Shown: positions 30,198-41,066 of the stretch, piece after piece
How the letters are laid out: each line of letters starts with the position of its first letter
Position numbering within the stretch: the stretch's first letter is position 1
Assembly (NCBI GenBank): GCA_964291655.2
Contig: OZ219802.1
Location: 1,152,001-1,216,000 of the forward strand
Direction: 5' to 3'
Source: Chloroflexota bacterium
GTDB lineage: Bacteria; Chloroflexota; UBA11872; VXOZ01
Length of the DNA stretch: 64,000 bases
The notes under the pieces: generated by a model
The model's database searches: none
What the model was told of the DNA's origin: nothing
The model's input: the letters and a program-made list of their open reading frames with translations, nothing else
Position numbers and translations under genes: made by a program

Positions 30198-32659
30198 GTC
30201 CCCTGTTCGACAAATATACGGATCGAGCGAAGCGGGTTCTCATGCTTGCGCAAGAAGAGGCGCGCCGCTTCAACCACAATTACATCGGCACCGAGCACCT
30301 CCTGCTGGGCCTCGTGCGCGAAGGCGAAGGCATTGCCGCGAAGGTGCTCTATGACATGGGCGTGGACCTCACCAAGGTGCGCAGTGCCGTGGAGTTTATC
30401 ATCGGCCGCGGCGAGCGCGTAAACGTCGGTGACATCAGCCTGACACCCCGCGCGAAGAAAGTCATCGAACTCGCGGCAGAAGAGGCCCGACGCCTGGGTC
30501 ACAACTATATTGGCACGGAGCACTTGCTGCTCGGCTTGGTCCGCGAAGGCGAGGGAATCGCGGCCGGCGTGCTGGAAAGCCTTGGCGTAAGTCTGGAAAA
30601 GGTCCGGCAGAAGGTCATCCAATCGGTGAGTCAGCAGCCCTCGCGTCCTATCCAAGAGAGCAGCGGGCGCCAGTCTTCCTCGCGCACTCCCCTTATCGAC
30701 CAGATGGGCATCGATCTCACGGCTGCGGCGCGTGCAGATAAACTCGATCCAGTGATCGGGCGCCAGCAGGAGATTGAGCGCGTCGTGCAAATCCTCTCCC
30801 GCCGCACGAAGAACAATCCGGCACTTATCGGTGAACCCGGCGTCGGCAAGACGGCCATTGTGGAAGGTCTGGCGCAGCGGGTCGTGTCGGGCGACGTGCC
30901 GGAAACATTGCTCGGGAAACGCCTGCTCACCCTCGACATCGGCGCGCTTGTTGCCGGCACGAAGTACCGCGGCGAATTTGAAGAACGCCTCAAGAAGATC
31001 CTCGAAGAAATTCGCGGTTCCGGTGACTGTATGCTCTTCATCGATGAGTTGCATACTCTCGTTGGCGCCGGAGCGGCGGAAGGTGCGGTGGACGCCGCCA
31101 ACATCCTCAAGCCCGCGCTGGCGCGCGGAGAACTGCAGTGCATCGGCGCGACCACATTGGACGAATACCGTAAGTACATCGAACGTGACGCAGCGCTGGA
31201 GCGCCGCTTCCAACCGGTGCACGTGCGCGAACTCGACATTGAAGAGACGATTTTGGTGCTCCAGGGCGTTAAGGAACGCTATGAGGAACACCATAAAGTA
31301 CATATTACCGATGATGCCGTCAAAGTAGCGTCAGAGATGTCCGGCCGCTACGTGACCGACCGCTTCCTGCCGGATAAGGCAATCGACTTGATCGATGAAG
31401 CAGCTTCCCGCGTGCGTATCCAGCAGGCCAACACCTCCAACGCGCTGCGCAACGCGGTAAAGGACCTCGACGGCGTCGTGCGCGAAAAAGAGGACGCCAT
31501 TGAGAGTCGTCAGTATGACGAGGCGGTTGGGCTGGGCGAAAAGGAAGCGGAGCTGCGCAAGAAGATCGAAGACCTCGAGTCGGATTGGCCGAACACCGAA
31601 GAGAAGTGGCCCGAAGTTACAAAAGAGGACGTGGCGACTGTGGTCTCCATGTGGACGGGCATCCCGGTCACGCGCATCGCCCAAGAGGAATCAGCACGAC
31701 TGCTCCACATGGAAGAGAACTTGCACGAGAAGGTGGTGAGCCAGGAAGAGGCCATCAGCAACGTATCCAAAGCTGTGCGGCGGGCCCGTGCCGGTCTGAA
31801 GGACCCCAAGCGGCCGATTGGCTCCTTCATTTTCGTCGGCCCCACGGGCTCCGGCAAGACCTACCTCGCCCGAGCGCTGGCGGAGTTTATGTTCGGCAGC
31901 AGCGACGCCATGGTCCGGCTGGATATGTCGGAATACATGGAGAAACATACGATTTCTCGTTTAGTCGGCGCGCCGCCAGGTTACGTGGGGTACGAAGAAG
32001 GCGGCCAACTCACCGAGGCGGTGCGACGGCGCAGCTACTCGGTGGTGCTCCTGGACGAGATCGAAAAGGCCCACCCTGACGTCTTCAACGTGCTGCTCCA
32101 AATCATGGAGGACGGTCGGCTCACCGATGGCAAAGGCCGCACGGTAGACTTCCGCAACACTATCCTCATCATGACCTCCAATGTTGGCGCGCATCTCATC
32201 AAACGCGACGCCGCCGTCGGCTTCCGGCTGGAGGCCAACGACCTGCGCAATGAGGGACAACTCTACAAAGAGATGCGGGAACGCGTGATGGCGGAAATCA
32301 AGAAGACATTCCGGCCTGAATTCCTCAATCGCGTGGATAGCGTGGTGGTGTTCCGTCACCTGTCAAAAGAGGACATTATCAGCATCGTCGATATCCAGCT
32401 CGACGAAGTGCGGGCACGCCTCACGGAGCAAGAGATTACGTTGGAAGTGACCGACGAGGCCAAAGAACTGCTGGTGGAACAGGGCTACGACCCAGATAAC
32501 GGAGCGCGGCCGCTCCGGCGCGTAATTCAAAATTTGATTGAAAATGAACTCGCGGAAGGACTGCTGGCGGACAACTTCCACGCGGGCGATACGGTCGTGA
32601 TTGACCGCGAAGGTGAAGAACTGCGCTTGGAAGTGCGCATGCTTGTGGAACAAACGTAG
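30194..32659 (+). CDS. clpC: ATP-dependent Clp protease ATPase ClpC
   Basis: Two Clp_N repeats, GEPGVGKT and GPTGSGKT Walker A motifs, UVR-like middle domain, VGF loop. Confidence 0.95.
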   Translation: MSPLFDKYTDRAKRVLMLAQEEARRFNHNYIGTEHLLLGLVREGEGIAAKVLYDMGVDLTKVRSAVEFIIGRGERVNVGDISLTPRAKKVIELAAEEARRLGHNYIGTEHLLLGLVREGEGIAAGVLESLGVSLEKVRQKVIQSVSQQPSRPIQESSGRQSSSRTPLIDQMGIDLTAAARADKLDPVIGRQQEIERVVQILSRRTKNNPALIGEPGVGKTAIVEGLAQRVVSGDVPETLLGKRLLTLDIGALVAGTKYRGEFEERLKKILEEIRGSGDCMLFIDELHTLVGAGAAEGAVDAANILKPALARGELQCIGATTLDEYRKYIERDAALERRFQPVHVRELDIEETILVLQGVKERYEEHHKVHITDDAVKVASEMSGRYVTDRFLPDKAIDLIDEAASRVRIQQANTSNALRNAVKDLDGVVREKEDAIESRQYDEAVGLGEKEAELRKKIEDLESDWPNTEEKWPEVTKEDVATVVSMWTGIPVTRIAQEESARLLHMEENLHEKVVSQEEAISNVSKAVRRARAGLKDPKRPIGSFIFVGPTGSGKTYLARALAEFMFGSSDAMVRLDMSEYMEKHTISRLVGAPPGYVGYEEGGQLTEAVRRRSYSVVLLDEIEKAHPDVFNVLLQIMEDGRLTDGKGRTVDFRNTILIMTSNVGAHLIKRDAAVGFRLEANDLRNEGQLYKEMRERVMAEIKKTFRPEFLNRVDSVVVFRHLSKEDIISIVDIQLDEVRARLTEQEITLEVTDEAKELLVEQGYDPDNGARPLRRVIQNLIENELAEGLLADNFHAGDTVVIDREGEELRLEVRMLVEQT

Positions 32660-32693
32660 TCCGACCGTACAATCTTCCTTTGCACGAACAATA

Positions 32694-32719
32694 AGCAGCC
32701 CGGCGCAAGCTGGGCTGTT
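32694..32719 (+). terminator. Stem-loop after clpC
   Basis: CAGCCCGGC-GCAA-GCTGGGCTG; weak U-tract. Confidence 0.45.
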
Positions 32720-32841
32720 GGCGTTAAGCCGGCTGGGAGTGTGGCGGGGCCGCTTTCGCTACAATATATGAGACGGCAGAAGCAGAGGTGGGCATGGAGC
32801 CTGCCGGCGCACAGAAGTAAGATTCCAGAATAGGGCAGCCG

Positions 32842-34287
32842 GTGAGCAAGACCAAGAGCGTGTACGTCTGTCAGCAGTGCAGCTACGAATCCCCAAAGTG
32901 GGCGGGACAATGTCCTTCCTGCCAAAGCTGGAATAGCCTGGTGGAAAGCGTGCAGCGCGAGGGCAGGGCGGGCACTGCACGTTCAAGGCGCCGCCCGTCT
33001 GCTGGCACACCGCAGGCACAAAAGCTGCAGGACATTCCTCCCAGCGACCTCATCCGCATTCCGGTACCGATCGGCGAACTCCACCGGGTCCTGGGCGGCG
33101 GGCTGGTACCGGGGAGCGCCGTGCTCCTCTCCGGGGACCCGGGGATAGGGAAGTCCACGCTCTTGCTGCAGTTTGCGCTCGCATTGGCGCACGCCGACCG
33201 GCCGGTGCTCTATGTATCCGGTGAAGAGAGCGCGGCGCAGATTCGCCTGCGGGCGACGCGGCTCGGTCTCGACCCGCAGGAGCTCTACGTACTTGCCGAA
33301 ATCGGCCTTGCGGACATACTGGATTCTATCGCTGACGTGCGGCCCGGTCTCGTCATCATTGATTCGATTCAGACTCTGGTCAGCGCGGAGCTCACCGGCG
33401 TACCGGGCAGCATCGGTCAGGTGCGGGAGTGCGCCTCCCAGTTGGTCGCCTTGGCAAAGCAGACTGGGATTACGCTCTTCTTGGTCGGTCACGTAACCAA
33501 GGAAGGCAACGTGGCCGGACCGAAGACGCTGGAGCACATGGTGGACACGGTGCTCGCGTTGGCCGGCGACCAGCACCACAACTACCGGATTCTCAAGGCG
33601 ACCAAGAACCGCTTCGGGTCTACGAACGAAGTAGGCATCTTCGCCATGCAGGAGCGGGGGTTGGTGGAAGTGCCCAACCCCTCGGCAGCCTTCCTGGCTG
33701 AGCGGGAGCCGATTCCGGGGTCTGCCGTCGCCGTGCCGCTGGAGGGTTCGCGGCCGCTCCTCGTCGAGGTGCAAGCGCTCGTAACGTACAGTCCGCTGGC
33801 GGTGCCGCGCCGCATGGCGAACGGCTTCGACCAGAGCCGTCTGCACATGCTGATTGCGGTGCTCACCAAGCGGGCGGGCCTGCGCTTGGTCGATCAGGAT
33901 GTCTACGTAAACGTAGTCGGCGGCCTGGAGTTGGATGAACCCGCCGTAGATATTGCCGTCTGCTTGGCAATTGCCTCCAGCGTCGCAGACGTGGCGCTGC
34001 CGGGCGATCTGGTTTCAATTGGTGAAGTGGGGCTGGCCGGTGAATTACGCAGTGTCTTCAAGCTGGAAGAACGTGTACTCGAGGCGACGCGTCGCGGCTA
34101 CAACCGGGCCCTGCTGCCGCGCGCGAGCAAGCTTGGCGCGCTTGGTGATGCTCGCCCCGACCTCTCTCGCGCGGAGAGCGTGCGGCAGGCAATTCGCCTT
34201 GCGCTGAGCAAGACGCCGCCGCAGGGCCGCGCAGGTAAGAGTGGGGGTGCGCGCGAAGGCACGGAAGAGGCCGCTGCCCACCGGTAA
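32842..34287 (+). CDS. radA: DNA repair protein RadA/Sms
   Basis: C4 zinc finger, GDPGIGKST, KNRFG. Confidence 0.95.
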   Translation: MSKTKSVYVCQQCSYESPKWAGQCPSCQSWNSLVESVQREGRAGTARSRRRPSAGTPQAQKLQDIPPSDLIRIPVPIGELHRVLGGGLVPGSAVLLSGDPGIGKSTLLLQFALALAHADRPVLYVSGEESAAQIRLRATRLGLDPQELYVLAEIGLADILDSIADVRPGLVIIDSIQTLVSAELTGVPGSIGQVRECASQLVALAKQTGITLFLVGHVTKEGNVAGPKTLEHMVDTVLALAGDQHHNYRILKATKNRFGSTNEVGIFAMQERGLVEVPNPSAAFLAEREPIPGSAVAVPLEGSRPLLVEVQALVTYSPLAVPRRMANGFDQSRLHMLIAVLTKRAGLRLVDQDVYVNVVGGLELDEPAVDIAVCLAIASSVADVALPGDLVSIGEVGLAGELRSVFKLEERVLEATRRGYNRALLPRASKLGALGDARPDLSRAESVRQAIRLALSKTPPQGRAGKSGGAREGTEEAAAHR

Positions 34288-34324
34288 TAAAGTGAGAGCT
34301 CAAGGTTCAATGTGAGCGCAAGCT

Positions 34325-34762
34325 AAGCCGCGCACTCTAGCGAAGCCGCGCACTTAGCGAAGCTGGGCATACTAGCGGAACTGGGCTTACTTGTCATTTC
34401 GAGCGCAGCGAGAAATCTAAGGCGCTCGACTGCATTAGCTCTGCCAACGTATTTTCTAACGTCGGAACGTTTGCTGCTCTGGGCAGAGCTAGCTTCCCGC
34501 TTGAGTTGGTGTACAGATGGTGTCAAACAGATGGATTCCCGATTTCGCGGGAATTGTAAATGTCAGGTAATTCGTTGACAGATTTGGTAGAAGAAACATG
34601 GGAGCAGAACTCTGTGCTCGCCTACATACATGTCAATCCGAACGGAGCGTAGCGGAGTGTCGCTCTTAGCGCGGAATCTAGAGTGCTGAGGCCGTGAAAG
34701 TGTGTTGAGCAGGGACCCTAGATTCCGCGAACCCTGTTCGACGCTCCGCTCGGAATGACATG
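34325..34762. repeat. Mixed palindromic repeats and a short 17-18-bp tandem
   Basis: TGTCATTTCGAGCGCAGCGAGAAATCT, TGGATTCCCGATTTCGCGGGAAT, CGCTCGGAATGACA; AAGCCGCGCAC(T)TAGCG-type tandem at 34325-34390. Confidence 0.65.
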
Positions 34763-34928
34763 CACCGTCAACTCCTCAGAATGGAAAGCGAATTCTGTCA
34801 ACGAATTACTCAACACTTGCAGGAAAGACTCACAGGCTTGAATGCTATTGTCATAGCAAATACGATCTATCTTCCGAGCGTGCAATGCAACGTAGCCGAC
34901 GTTTTCGCGCCGGAGGGGGCCCGGGCTC

Positions 34929-35633
34929 GTGACTGATACCAGCCTGGCAGCAATCATCGTCGGCGGCGGCCGCAGCAGCCGCATGCAAGGGAGCGACAAG
35001 CTCTACGCCTCCATTGGCGGGCGACCGGTGATTGCCGCGACCGTGGAAGTCTTCGAGTCGGCTGCGGTGGTCGACACCATCGTACTGGTCGTGGCGGCCG
35101 ACCGTGTCGCGCACTGCCGAAAGCTCGTCCACGAGCGAGGCTGGAGCAAGGTCAAGACTGTGTGCACGGGCGGAGCGAGCCGCAGCCATTCGGTAGCCAA
35201 CGGTCTGCACGCGCTGCAAGAAACACCGGCGGCATACGTAGCCGTACACGACGCAGCGCGTCCTCTTGTAACCTCGGAACTCATTGCGCGCGGCCTGAGC
35301 GCAGCGCAGCAGCACGGTGCGGCGGTTCCAGGGATACTCTGCGCCGATACCATCAGGCGCGTCGACGAGCAAGATCAATCCCGCGAGACGCTCCCGCGCA
35401 ACGCCTTGCGTGCCGTACAAACGCCACAGGTCTTCGCGCGCGATTTACTCGAACGGGCGTACGCAGAACAAGAGGCGAACTTGGGTTCATTCACCGATGA
35501 TGCGGCGGTGGTGGAGTCTATGGGCGCGCCCGTCCATGTGGTGCCGGGGGACTATGGTAACATGAAAATCACCACGCCGACGGACTTGGCATTCGCCAAA
35601 TGGCTGGTGCAACGGAGCGATGGAGAAGCCTAA
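34929..35633 (+). CDS. ispD: 2-C-methyl-D-erythritol 4-phosphate cytidylyltransferase
   Basis: GGGRSSRM, HDAARP, QTPQVF, TDDA, NMKITTPTDL. Confidence 0.95.
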   Translation: MTDTSLAAIIVGGGRSSRMQGSDKLYASIGGRPVIAATVEVFESAAVVDTIVLVVAADRVAHCRKLVHERGWSKVKTVCTGGASRSHSVANGLHALQETPAAYVAVHDAARPLVTSELIARGLSAAQQHGAAVPGILCADTIRRVDEQDQSRETLPRNALRAVQTPQVFARDLLERAYAEQEANLGSFTDDAAVVESMGAPVHVVPGDYGNMKITTPTDLAFAKWLVQRSDGEA

Positions 35634-36223
35634 TGGAGGCCGGGCAGACGGAAACGGCGCCTGCCGAACGGAATGAGAGTGAGGCGACTACTCGCGCACC
35701 GGTAATCCCACCGCTTCGCATCGGCGTTGGCTACGACGTTCACCGTCTTGTGCCCGCTCGTCCGCTCGTGCTGGGAGGCGTGCGTGTGGCGCACGAACCG
35801 GGTCTCGCGGGACATTCGGACGCCGACGTATTGGTGCATGCGATCATGGATGCGCTGCTCGGCGCGGCGGGACTGCCCGACATCGGTCGTCAATTCCCCG
35901 CGGACGATCCGCAGTACCAGGACGCTGATAGCTTGCAATTGTTGGATGACGTGCGTAAGCTACTGACTGAACAACAATGGCGTGTCGTCAACGTAGATAG
36001 TACAATCTTGGCACAAGCACCTAGGCTCGCAAGCTATATCCCTGAGATGCAATCAAACATTGCCGGGACGCTGGGTGTCGAAACAGTGAACATAGGTATC
36101 AAAGCCACTACCACAGAAGGACTTGACGCCATCGGTGCCGGCCACGGCATCGCGGCGCATGCCGTGGCGCTCCTTATGCACGACCCATCGCTACAAGACT
36201 GCGCGTGTATCTCGCCCCGCTAG
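35633..36223 (+). CDS. ispF: MECDP synthase
   Basis: RIGVGYDVH, GHSDADV, DIG, KATTTEGL. Confidence 0.95.
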   Translation: MEAGQTETAPAERNESEATTRAPVIPPLRIGVGYDVHRLVPARPLVLGGVRVAHEPGLAGHSDADVLVHAIMDALLGAAGLPDIGRQFPADDPQYQDADSLQLLDDVRKLLTEQQWRVVNVDSTILAQAPRLASYIPEMQSNIAGTLGVETVNIGIKATTTEGLDAIGAGHGIAAHAVALLMHDPSLQDCACISPR

Positions 36224-36314
36224 GGGCTTTTGGCGATCGCGCACGGGCGTCAAGCTCAGTCTGCGCGGTCCAATGTTCACTGATGCGCAGTGTTGAGACG
36301 AGGGGATTTTTCTC

Positions 36315-37004
36315 ATGAGCATTCTCCGTGCGCTGCGGCAGGACATTCGTGTGACGCTCGAGCGTGACCCTGCCGCGCGCAACGTAATCGAAATCATTTT
36401 GGCCTATCCAGGCGTGCACGCTATCTGGTTCTATCGCCTTACCCACGCGCTGTGGCAATTGGACGTGCCGGTCGTGCCGCGTTTTATCTCCCATATCGCT
36501 CGCTTTCTCACCGGCATTGAGATTCATCCGGCGGCACAGCTCGGCCCGGGCCTCTTCATCGATCACGGCATGGGCGTCGTGATTGGCGAGACCGCGAAGA
36601 TTGGTGAAAATGTCACTCTCTATCAGGGCGTCACCCTGGGTGCGCAGACGCTGCATACCGGCAAGCGCCATCCCACCTTGGGCAACAACGTTGTGGTTGG
36701 CGCGGGAGCGAAGGTCCTAGGGCCGGTGACAATTGGCGAAGACTGCGTCATTGGCGCGGGGGCCGTTGTCCTCAATGACGTGCCGCCCCATGCCACCGTG
36801 GTGGGCGTGCCGGGTCACGTGGTGGCGATGCGCGATCCCCACACAGGCGAGAGCGCGCGAGTGGTACAGCCCGATCCCATGGCCGAAGCGCTCTACGCCC
36901 TGCAGAAACGCGTCGTAGACTTGGAGGCGCGGCTAGCGCGCTTTGAGAATGGTGGAGCGCCGGCAGAGCATGAAGAGTCGCTGGAGAGATGCCGTGACGC
37001 TTAG
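36315..37004 (+). CDS. cysE: Serine O-acetyltransferase
   Basis: [31 protein letters not shown]. Confidence 0.95.
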   Translation: MSILRALRQDIRVTLERDPAARNVIEIILAYPGVHAIWFYRLTHALWQLDVPVVPRFISHIARFLTGIEIHPAAQLGPGLFIDHGMGVVIGETAKIGENVTLYQGVTLGAQTLHTGKRHPTLGNNVVVGAGAKVLGPVTIGEDCVIGAGAVVLNDVPPHATVVGVPGHVVAMRDPHTGESARVVQPDPMAEALYALQKRVVDLEARLARFENGGAPAEHEESLERCRDA

Positions 37005-38409
37005 CATTTCCAATACCCTCGGCGGCCAAAGAGAGCCGTTCGCGCCCCTCGACGGCAAGAACGTCAAGATGTACGTGTGCGGTATGACGCCCAAGCGCGA
37101 GCCGCACATCGGCCATGCGCGGCTCTTTGTCGCTATGGACATGATTCGACGCTACCTTGCCTACCAAGGCTACGAAGTCCAGCACGTCCAAAACATCACC
37201 GACGTCGACGATAAGATTATTGCGGCGGCGGAACGCGAAGGCGTGACGCCGGATGAAGTAGCGCAAATGTATACGGACGCCTATGACGCGGTGATGGGCA
37301 ACCTGAACGTGCTGCGGGCCCATGAGTTTCCCAAGGTTACCAAGACCTTGCCGCAGATCATCGCTATGATCGAGGGACTGATTGAGAAAGGGGCAGCGTA
37401 CGCGGCCGAAGAGGCGGTGTATTTCTCGGTCCCGGGCTTTGCGGAATACGGCGCGCTTTCCACGCGTACCGAAGAGAGCGGTATCCAGGCCGGCGCTTCC
37501 GGACGCGTGGATGATGAGCCGGGCAAGCGCGACCCCCGTGACTTTGCTCTGTGGAAGCCGGCGAAACCCGGCGAACCCTGGTGGCAGAGCCCGTGGGGCC
37601 AGGGTAGGCCCGGTTGGCACATCGAGTGCAGCACGATGATCTATGAGACGCTCGGCGAGCAAATCGACATACACGGCGGCGGCGCCGACCTCATCTTCCC
37701 CCACCACGAGAATGAGATCGCGCAGAGTGAAGCTTTTACGGAGAGAGTCCCGTTCACCAAGTACTGGCTCCATACCGGTCTGCTGACGATCAACGGCCAG
37801 AAAATGGCGCATTCGCTCGGCAACTTCATCACGATCGAGGACATTCTCAAAGAGTACAGCGGGCCGGTGCTGCGGCTCTACCTGCTCTCCGTACACTACC
37901 GTTCGCCCCTCACCTATTCACCGGACAGCCTCGATCAAGCGCGGTCCGGCATGGCGCGCTTGACCGGCGCGTTGCGTGTGCAAGCCGGGGGCAGCGGCAG
38001 CACCGATGCCGCACTAAGCCAGGCAACGCAGCAGGCCGAGACCGGCTTCTTTGCCGCCATGGACGGCGACTTCAACTCCGCCGGTGCGTTGGGGCAACTC
38101 TACGAACTCGTGCGCGAGATCAACCGTTTGGGGGCTGAGGCGCGGCCGTCCACCTTGCAGGCCGCTCAGGAGACGCTGGTGAACTTGGCCGATATCTTGG
38201 GTATTGACTTGCAGGAGATGCTGGAAGCGGAAATGGCGACCGGTGACGGCGACGCCGCCGGGTTCATTGACCTGCTTGTGGAGTTGCGTTCCGACCTGCG
38301 CCAGGAAAAGCAATTCGCGCTGGCGGACAAAGTGCGGGATGAGTTGGCAGCACTGGGAATTGCGCTAGAAGATTCGTCTAGCGGCACAGAGTGGCGACGC
38401 AAGAACTAG
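36994..38409 (+). CDS. cysS: Cysteine--tRNA ligase
   Basis: [38 protein letters not shown]. Confidence 0.95.
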   Translation: MTLSISNTLGGQREPFAPLDGKNVKMYVCGMTPKREPHIGHARLFVAMDMIRRYLAYQGYEVQHVQNITDVDDKIIAAAEREGVTPDEVAQMYTDAYDAVMGNLNVLRAHEFPKVTKTLPQIIAMIEGLIEKGAAYAAEEAVYFSVPGFAEYGALSTRTEESGIQAGASGRVDDEPGKRDPRDFALWKPAKPGEPWWQSPWGQGRPGWHIECSTMIYETLGEQIDIHGGGADLIFPHHENEIAQSEAFTERVPFTKYWLHTGLLTINGQKMAHSLGNFITIEDILKEYSGPVLRLYLLSVHYRSPLTYSPDSLDQARSGMARLTGALRVQAGGSGSTDAALSQATQQAETGFFAAMDGDFNSAGALGQLYELVREINRLGAEARPSTLQAAQETLVNLADILGIDLQEMLEAEMATGDGDAAGFIDLLVELRSDLRQEKQFALADKVRDELAALGIALEDSSSGTEWRRKN

Positions 38410-38511
38410 CCTGGACGACGTGCCCCGACTGCGTTCTCACCCAATGTGGGCAAAACTCGAGGAAGCCGTACGTCGTCTTATTTTGCGCAGGGTCTGTTCG
38501 CTCGCGGAAGA

Positions 38512-38995
38512 CCGGAGCGGGGGACAAGCCCCCGCGCTACATGGCCGGAGCGACCTCCGGTAGGTGCAGGTTTGCAACCTGCACGCGCCAAATTGGTTGC
38601 CTAGCCCGTCCGATCACGGCCCAATTTGGCAACACACACGCTGACCTGGCGGTAGACAAGCCCCCGCGTTACGCTCTGACTAGCCGCCCTCCGCGCCAAT
38701 CCCAGCCACCGTTCGCGCTTTGGGTTGCGCAAAGCACCTGTCGAAGCATAATCGGCATGTGCCTGATCGACCGGAGCGGGGGACAAGCCCCCGCGCTACA
38801 TGGCCGGAGCGACCTCCGGTAGGTGCAGGTTTGCAACCTGCACGCGGCGCATGGGTAGCTTTGGCCGAGCGATCGCGAACCAATTTGGCAACACACACGC
38901 TGACCTGGCGGGGGATAAGCCCCCGCGCTACGTTCAAACAACAGGGCATCATGTGCTTAGGACTTTGCCGTTCGCGCTGAGCTTGTCGAAGCGCA
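38512..38995 (-). repeat. GTAG-type composite REP array
   Basis: Four GCGGGGGACAAGCCCCCGCGCTAC-like units plus GTAGGTGCAGGTTTGCAACCTGCAC. Confidence 0.85.
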
Positions 38996-39012
38996 AGTGG
39001 CGGCCTCTGGGC

Positions 39013-40530
39013 TCAGGGCCCAGGTTCGTCACTCTCTTCCTCAAAGATGTGCTGGATACTCTCGCCAAAGTCTCGCGCTTCGTCGTCGTACGTTGCAAAG
39101 GGATTCGGCATTTCCAGCACCCGGCCGTGGGCGGCGATGGCTTTCCAGTCCAGCACGTAGGGTATGACTTCCCAGCTATTGTTGGCGGCCACGTCCTCCC
39201 AGTCGTCCACGTAGTCATAGGCGAGAAAGAAATAGCGCCGATCCCACATGAGGTTCTCCAAATTTGACCTCAGGTCCTGCCACGGTATGGCCGTATCGGC
39301 CCCGGCGGCGGCCAGCGCGCGCAACGCCAGACTCCGCCCGTGGGCGCGCGTGTCGATTGGCGCTTGCGTCTCGGCCGTATAGACGGCGTCGCCTTCCGCC
39401 CAATAGAGATTCCGGTGCAGTTTGGCCAGCACGTCGAAGAGACTGATCGACGGGTCAATTTGGTGATAGGAAAGATCGAGTTTTATCAGGTCAGGGTCGG
39501 TCCAGGCCTGGTCGCTGCCGGCATAGCGCTTGATTTGCTCATGCTTCGTAACCCAATCCAAATAGCCATCGAGCCGCGCCGGGTCTCGCTCAAGTTCGTC
39601 CAGCACCCACGCCCAATTTTCCAGAGTCCATTCCGTATCCGCGTCGCGCCCTACAAAGCGCCGCTCGGCCTCACGCAGATAGCCTCGCTGCACCTCAATG
39701 GCGGGGATGTACTCGTCGTTATCGGTTCCCACCGTCCAACGGCCGCCGGTGGTCGCGGCAATGCGGCGGAGGTCGCGCACGGGATCAGCGAGAACAAGCT
39801 GCGGGCTCCAGCCCTGCTCGAGCAACTGAGCAACCAGCGCGGTTGTGCCAATCTTCAGCGCCGTCGTGTACTCCGAACGATTTACGTCGCCGACGATGAC
39901 GTGCAACCGGCGGTACGTGCGCTCCGCCAGTGGCTCGTCCCGCAGATTGATGATGGGCCGGCCGCCAAAGCGCACGCGATGGCTTACATCGATGGTTACG
40001 AATTGCGCCCGCTGGGAGAGGGCAAAAGCAGCCGGGGTATCGTCGCCGCGGGGCAGCAGGCAGCCGGCTCCCGTGTAGATCTGGCGGGTAACGAGAAACG
40101 GGAGCATGCCATCGACAAAGTCGCTATCGTACGGACTCTGCCGGATGCAATAATTCTCATGGTAGCCGAACGTATGGCCGAAATAGTCCGTGTTGTTCTT
40201 GACGAAGTAGGCCTGTGACTGCAGCTCGGCGGCTTTCACGGCTTGGTTGATAATGGTCTCGCCCGCTCGCTCATGGGCGACGATGTCGGTCAGCGTGCGG
40301 CACTCAGCCGTAGCATGTTCCAGGTGACCGAGGTCCAGGTACATACGTCCGCCATTGAACAGAAAGCCGCCGTTTCCCGGCACCTCGCCCCATTCGCGGG
40401 GAGGCGGGTCTATCAGACCGTGTCGACACCCGCGAAAGATAGCATCCTTCACCAGCAGGGCAGCGCGCACAGGCTGCATACTGCCTACACAGCCGTATTC
40501 TATTTCGGTGCCGAACAGAGCATCTTCCAT
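39013..40530 (-). CDS. pafA: PafA-like Pup--protein ligase
   Basis: FGTEIEYG, FLFNGGRMYLD, ATAEC, KNNTD, GYHENY, FLVTRQI, RDEP, RRLHVIVGD, DLSYH, DTRA. Confidence 0.85.
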   Translation of the reverse strand: MEDALFGTEIEYGCVGSMQPVRAALLVKDAIFRGCRHGLIDPPPREWGEVPGNGGFLFNGGRMYLDLGHLEHATAECRTLTDIVAHERAGETIINQAVKAAELQSQAYFVKNNTDYFGHTFGYHENYCIRQSPYDSDFVDGMLPFLVTRQIYTGAGCLLPRGDDTPAAFALSQRAQFVTIDVSHRVRFGGRPIINLRDEPLAERTYRRLHVIVGDVNRSEYTTALKIGTTALVAQLLEQGWSPQLVLADPVRDLRRIAATTGGRWTVGTDNDEYIPAIEVQRGYLREAERRFVGRDADTEWTLENWAWVLDELERDPARLDGYLDWVTKHEQIKRYAGSDQAWTDPDLIKLDLSYHQIDPSISLFDVLAKLHRNLYWAEGDAVYTAETQAPIDTRAHGRSLALRALAAAGADTAIPWQDLRSNLENLMWDRRYFFLAYDYVDDWEDVAANNSWEVIPYVLDWKAIAAHGRVLEMPNPFATYDDEARDFGESIQHIFEEESDEPGP

Positions 40531-40841
40531 GCTGCGTATTCCAATGTGGCGTGGGCTTAGCCGGACGAGTGCGGCGCTAGTTTTCCGCGTGCGATTGTAA
40601 TGGACATTCTGACCTAGCGGACAATGTAAACTCAGGCGACCTACTTTTCACGGGAGTTCATGGAGAAAGGCCGAACGGCTACCGGACCATGCGGAAGTAG
40701 ATACATGTGGCAAGAGCGTTCGATTGTTCGCCGGCCTCTCAATAAAGATTGCCATTAGCGTGGGGTTCACGGGGGGATAATTCGAACTTAACCGAGAGTT
40801 ACTCGACCGGCGCCTCGGATGCTTGGCTTCTCGACCGTTGG

Positions 40842-41066
40842 CTACTCTCCACCAGGCTGCGGTGTGGGGTCGGGCACCTCGCGAATGATGCGCTTGATCT
40901 CTTCGTCAAGATCGTCGGTTTCGGTTTTCTCCGGCGCCTCAGTGGGCGTTTCCGTAGGCGCATCGGCGCCTGCCAAAACAGAACGCGGGCCGCCCCGCAG
41001 CAACCCCTGCCACACTGTAGTGTTGGAGTGTTCTATCTGAAATCCATTCCCAGCATACCACGTCAC
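40842..41066 (-). CDS. Putative Pup/UBact-like modifier peptide (74 aa, C-terminal GGE)
   Basis: GTG overlapping the dop stop (GTGA) with GGAGG SD; ends DDLDEEIKRIIREVPDPTPQPGGE. Confidence 0.7.
   Translation of the reverse strand: MTWYAGNGFQIEHSNTTVWQGLLRGGPRSVLAGADAPTETPTEAPEKTETDDLDEEIKRIIREVPDPTPQPGGE

Noticed and set aside
40531-40841. Second modifier ORF or prcA/prcB remnant between the peptide and pafA
   Set aside because: Only a ~35-codon ORF without a GG[EQ] end; no recognisable proteasome motifs
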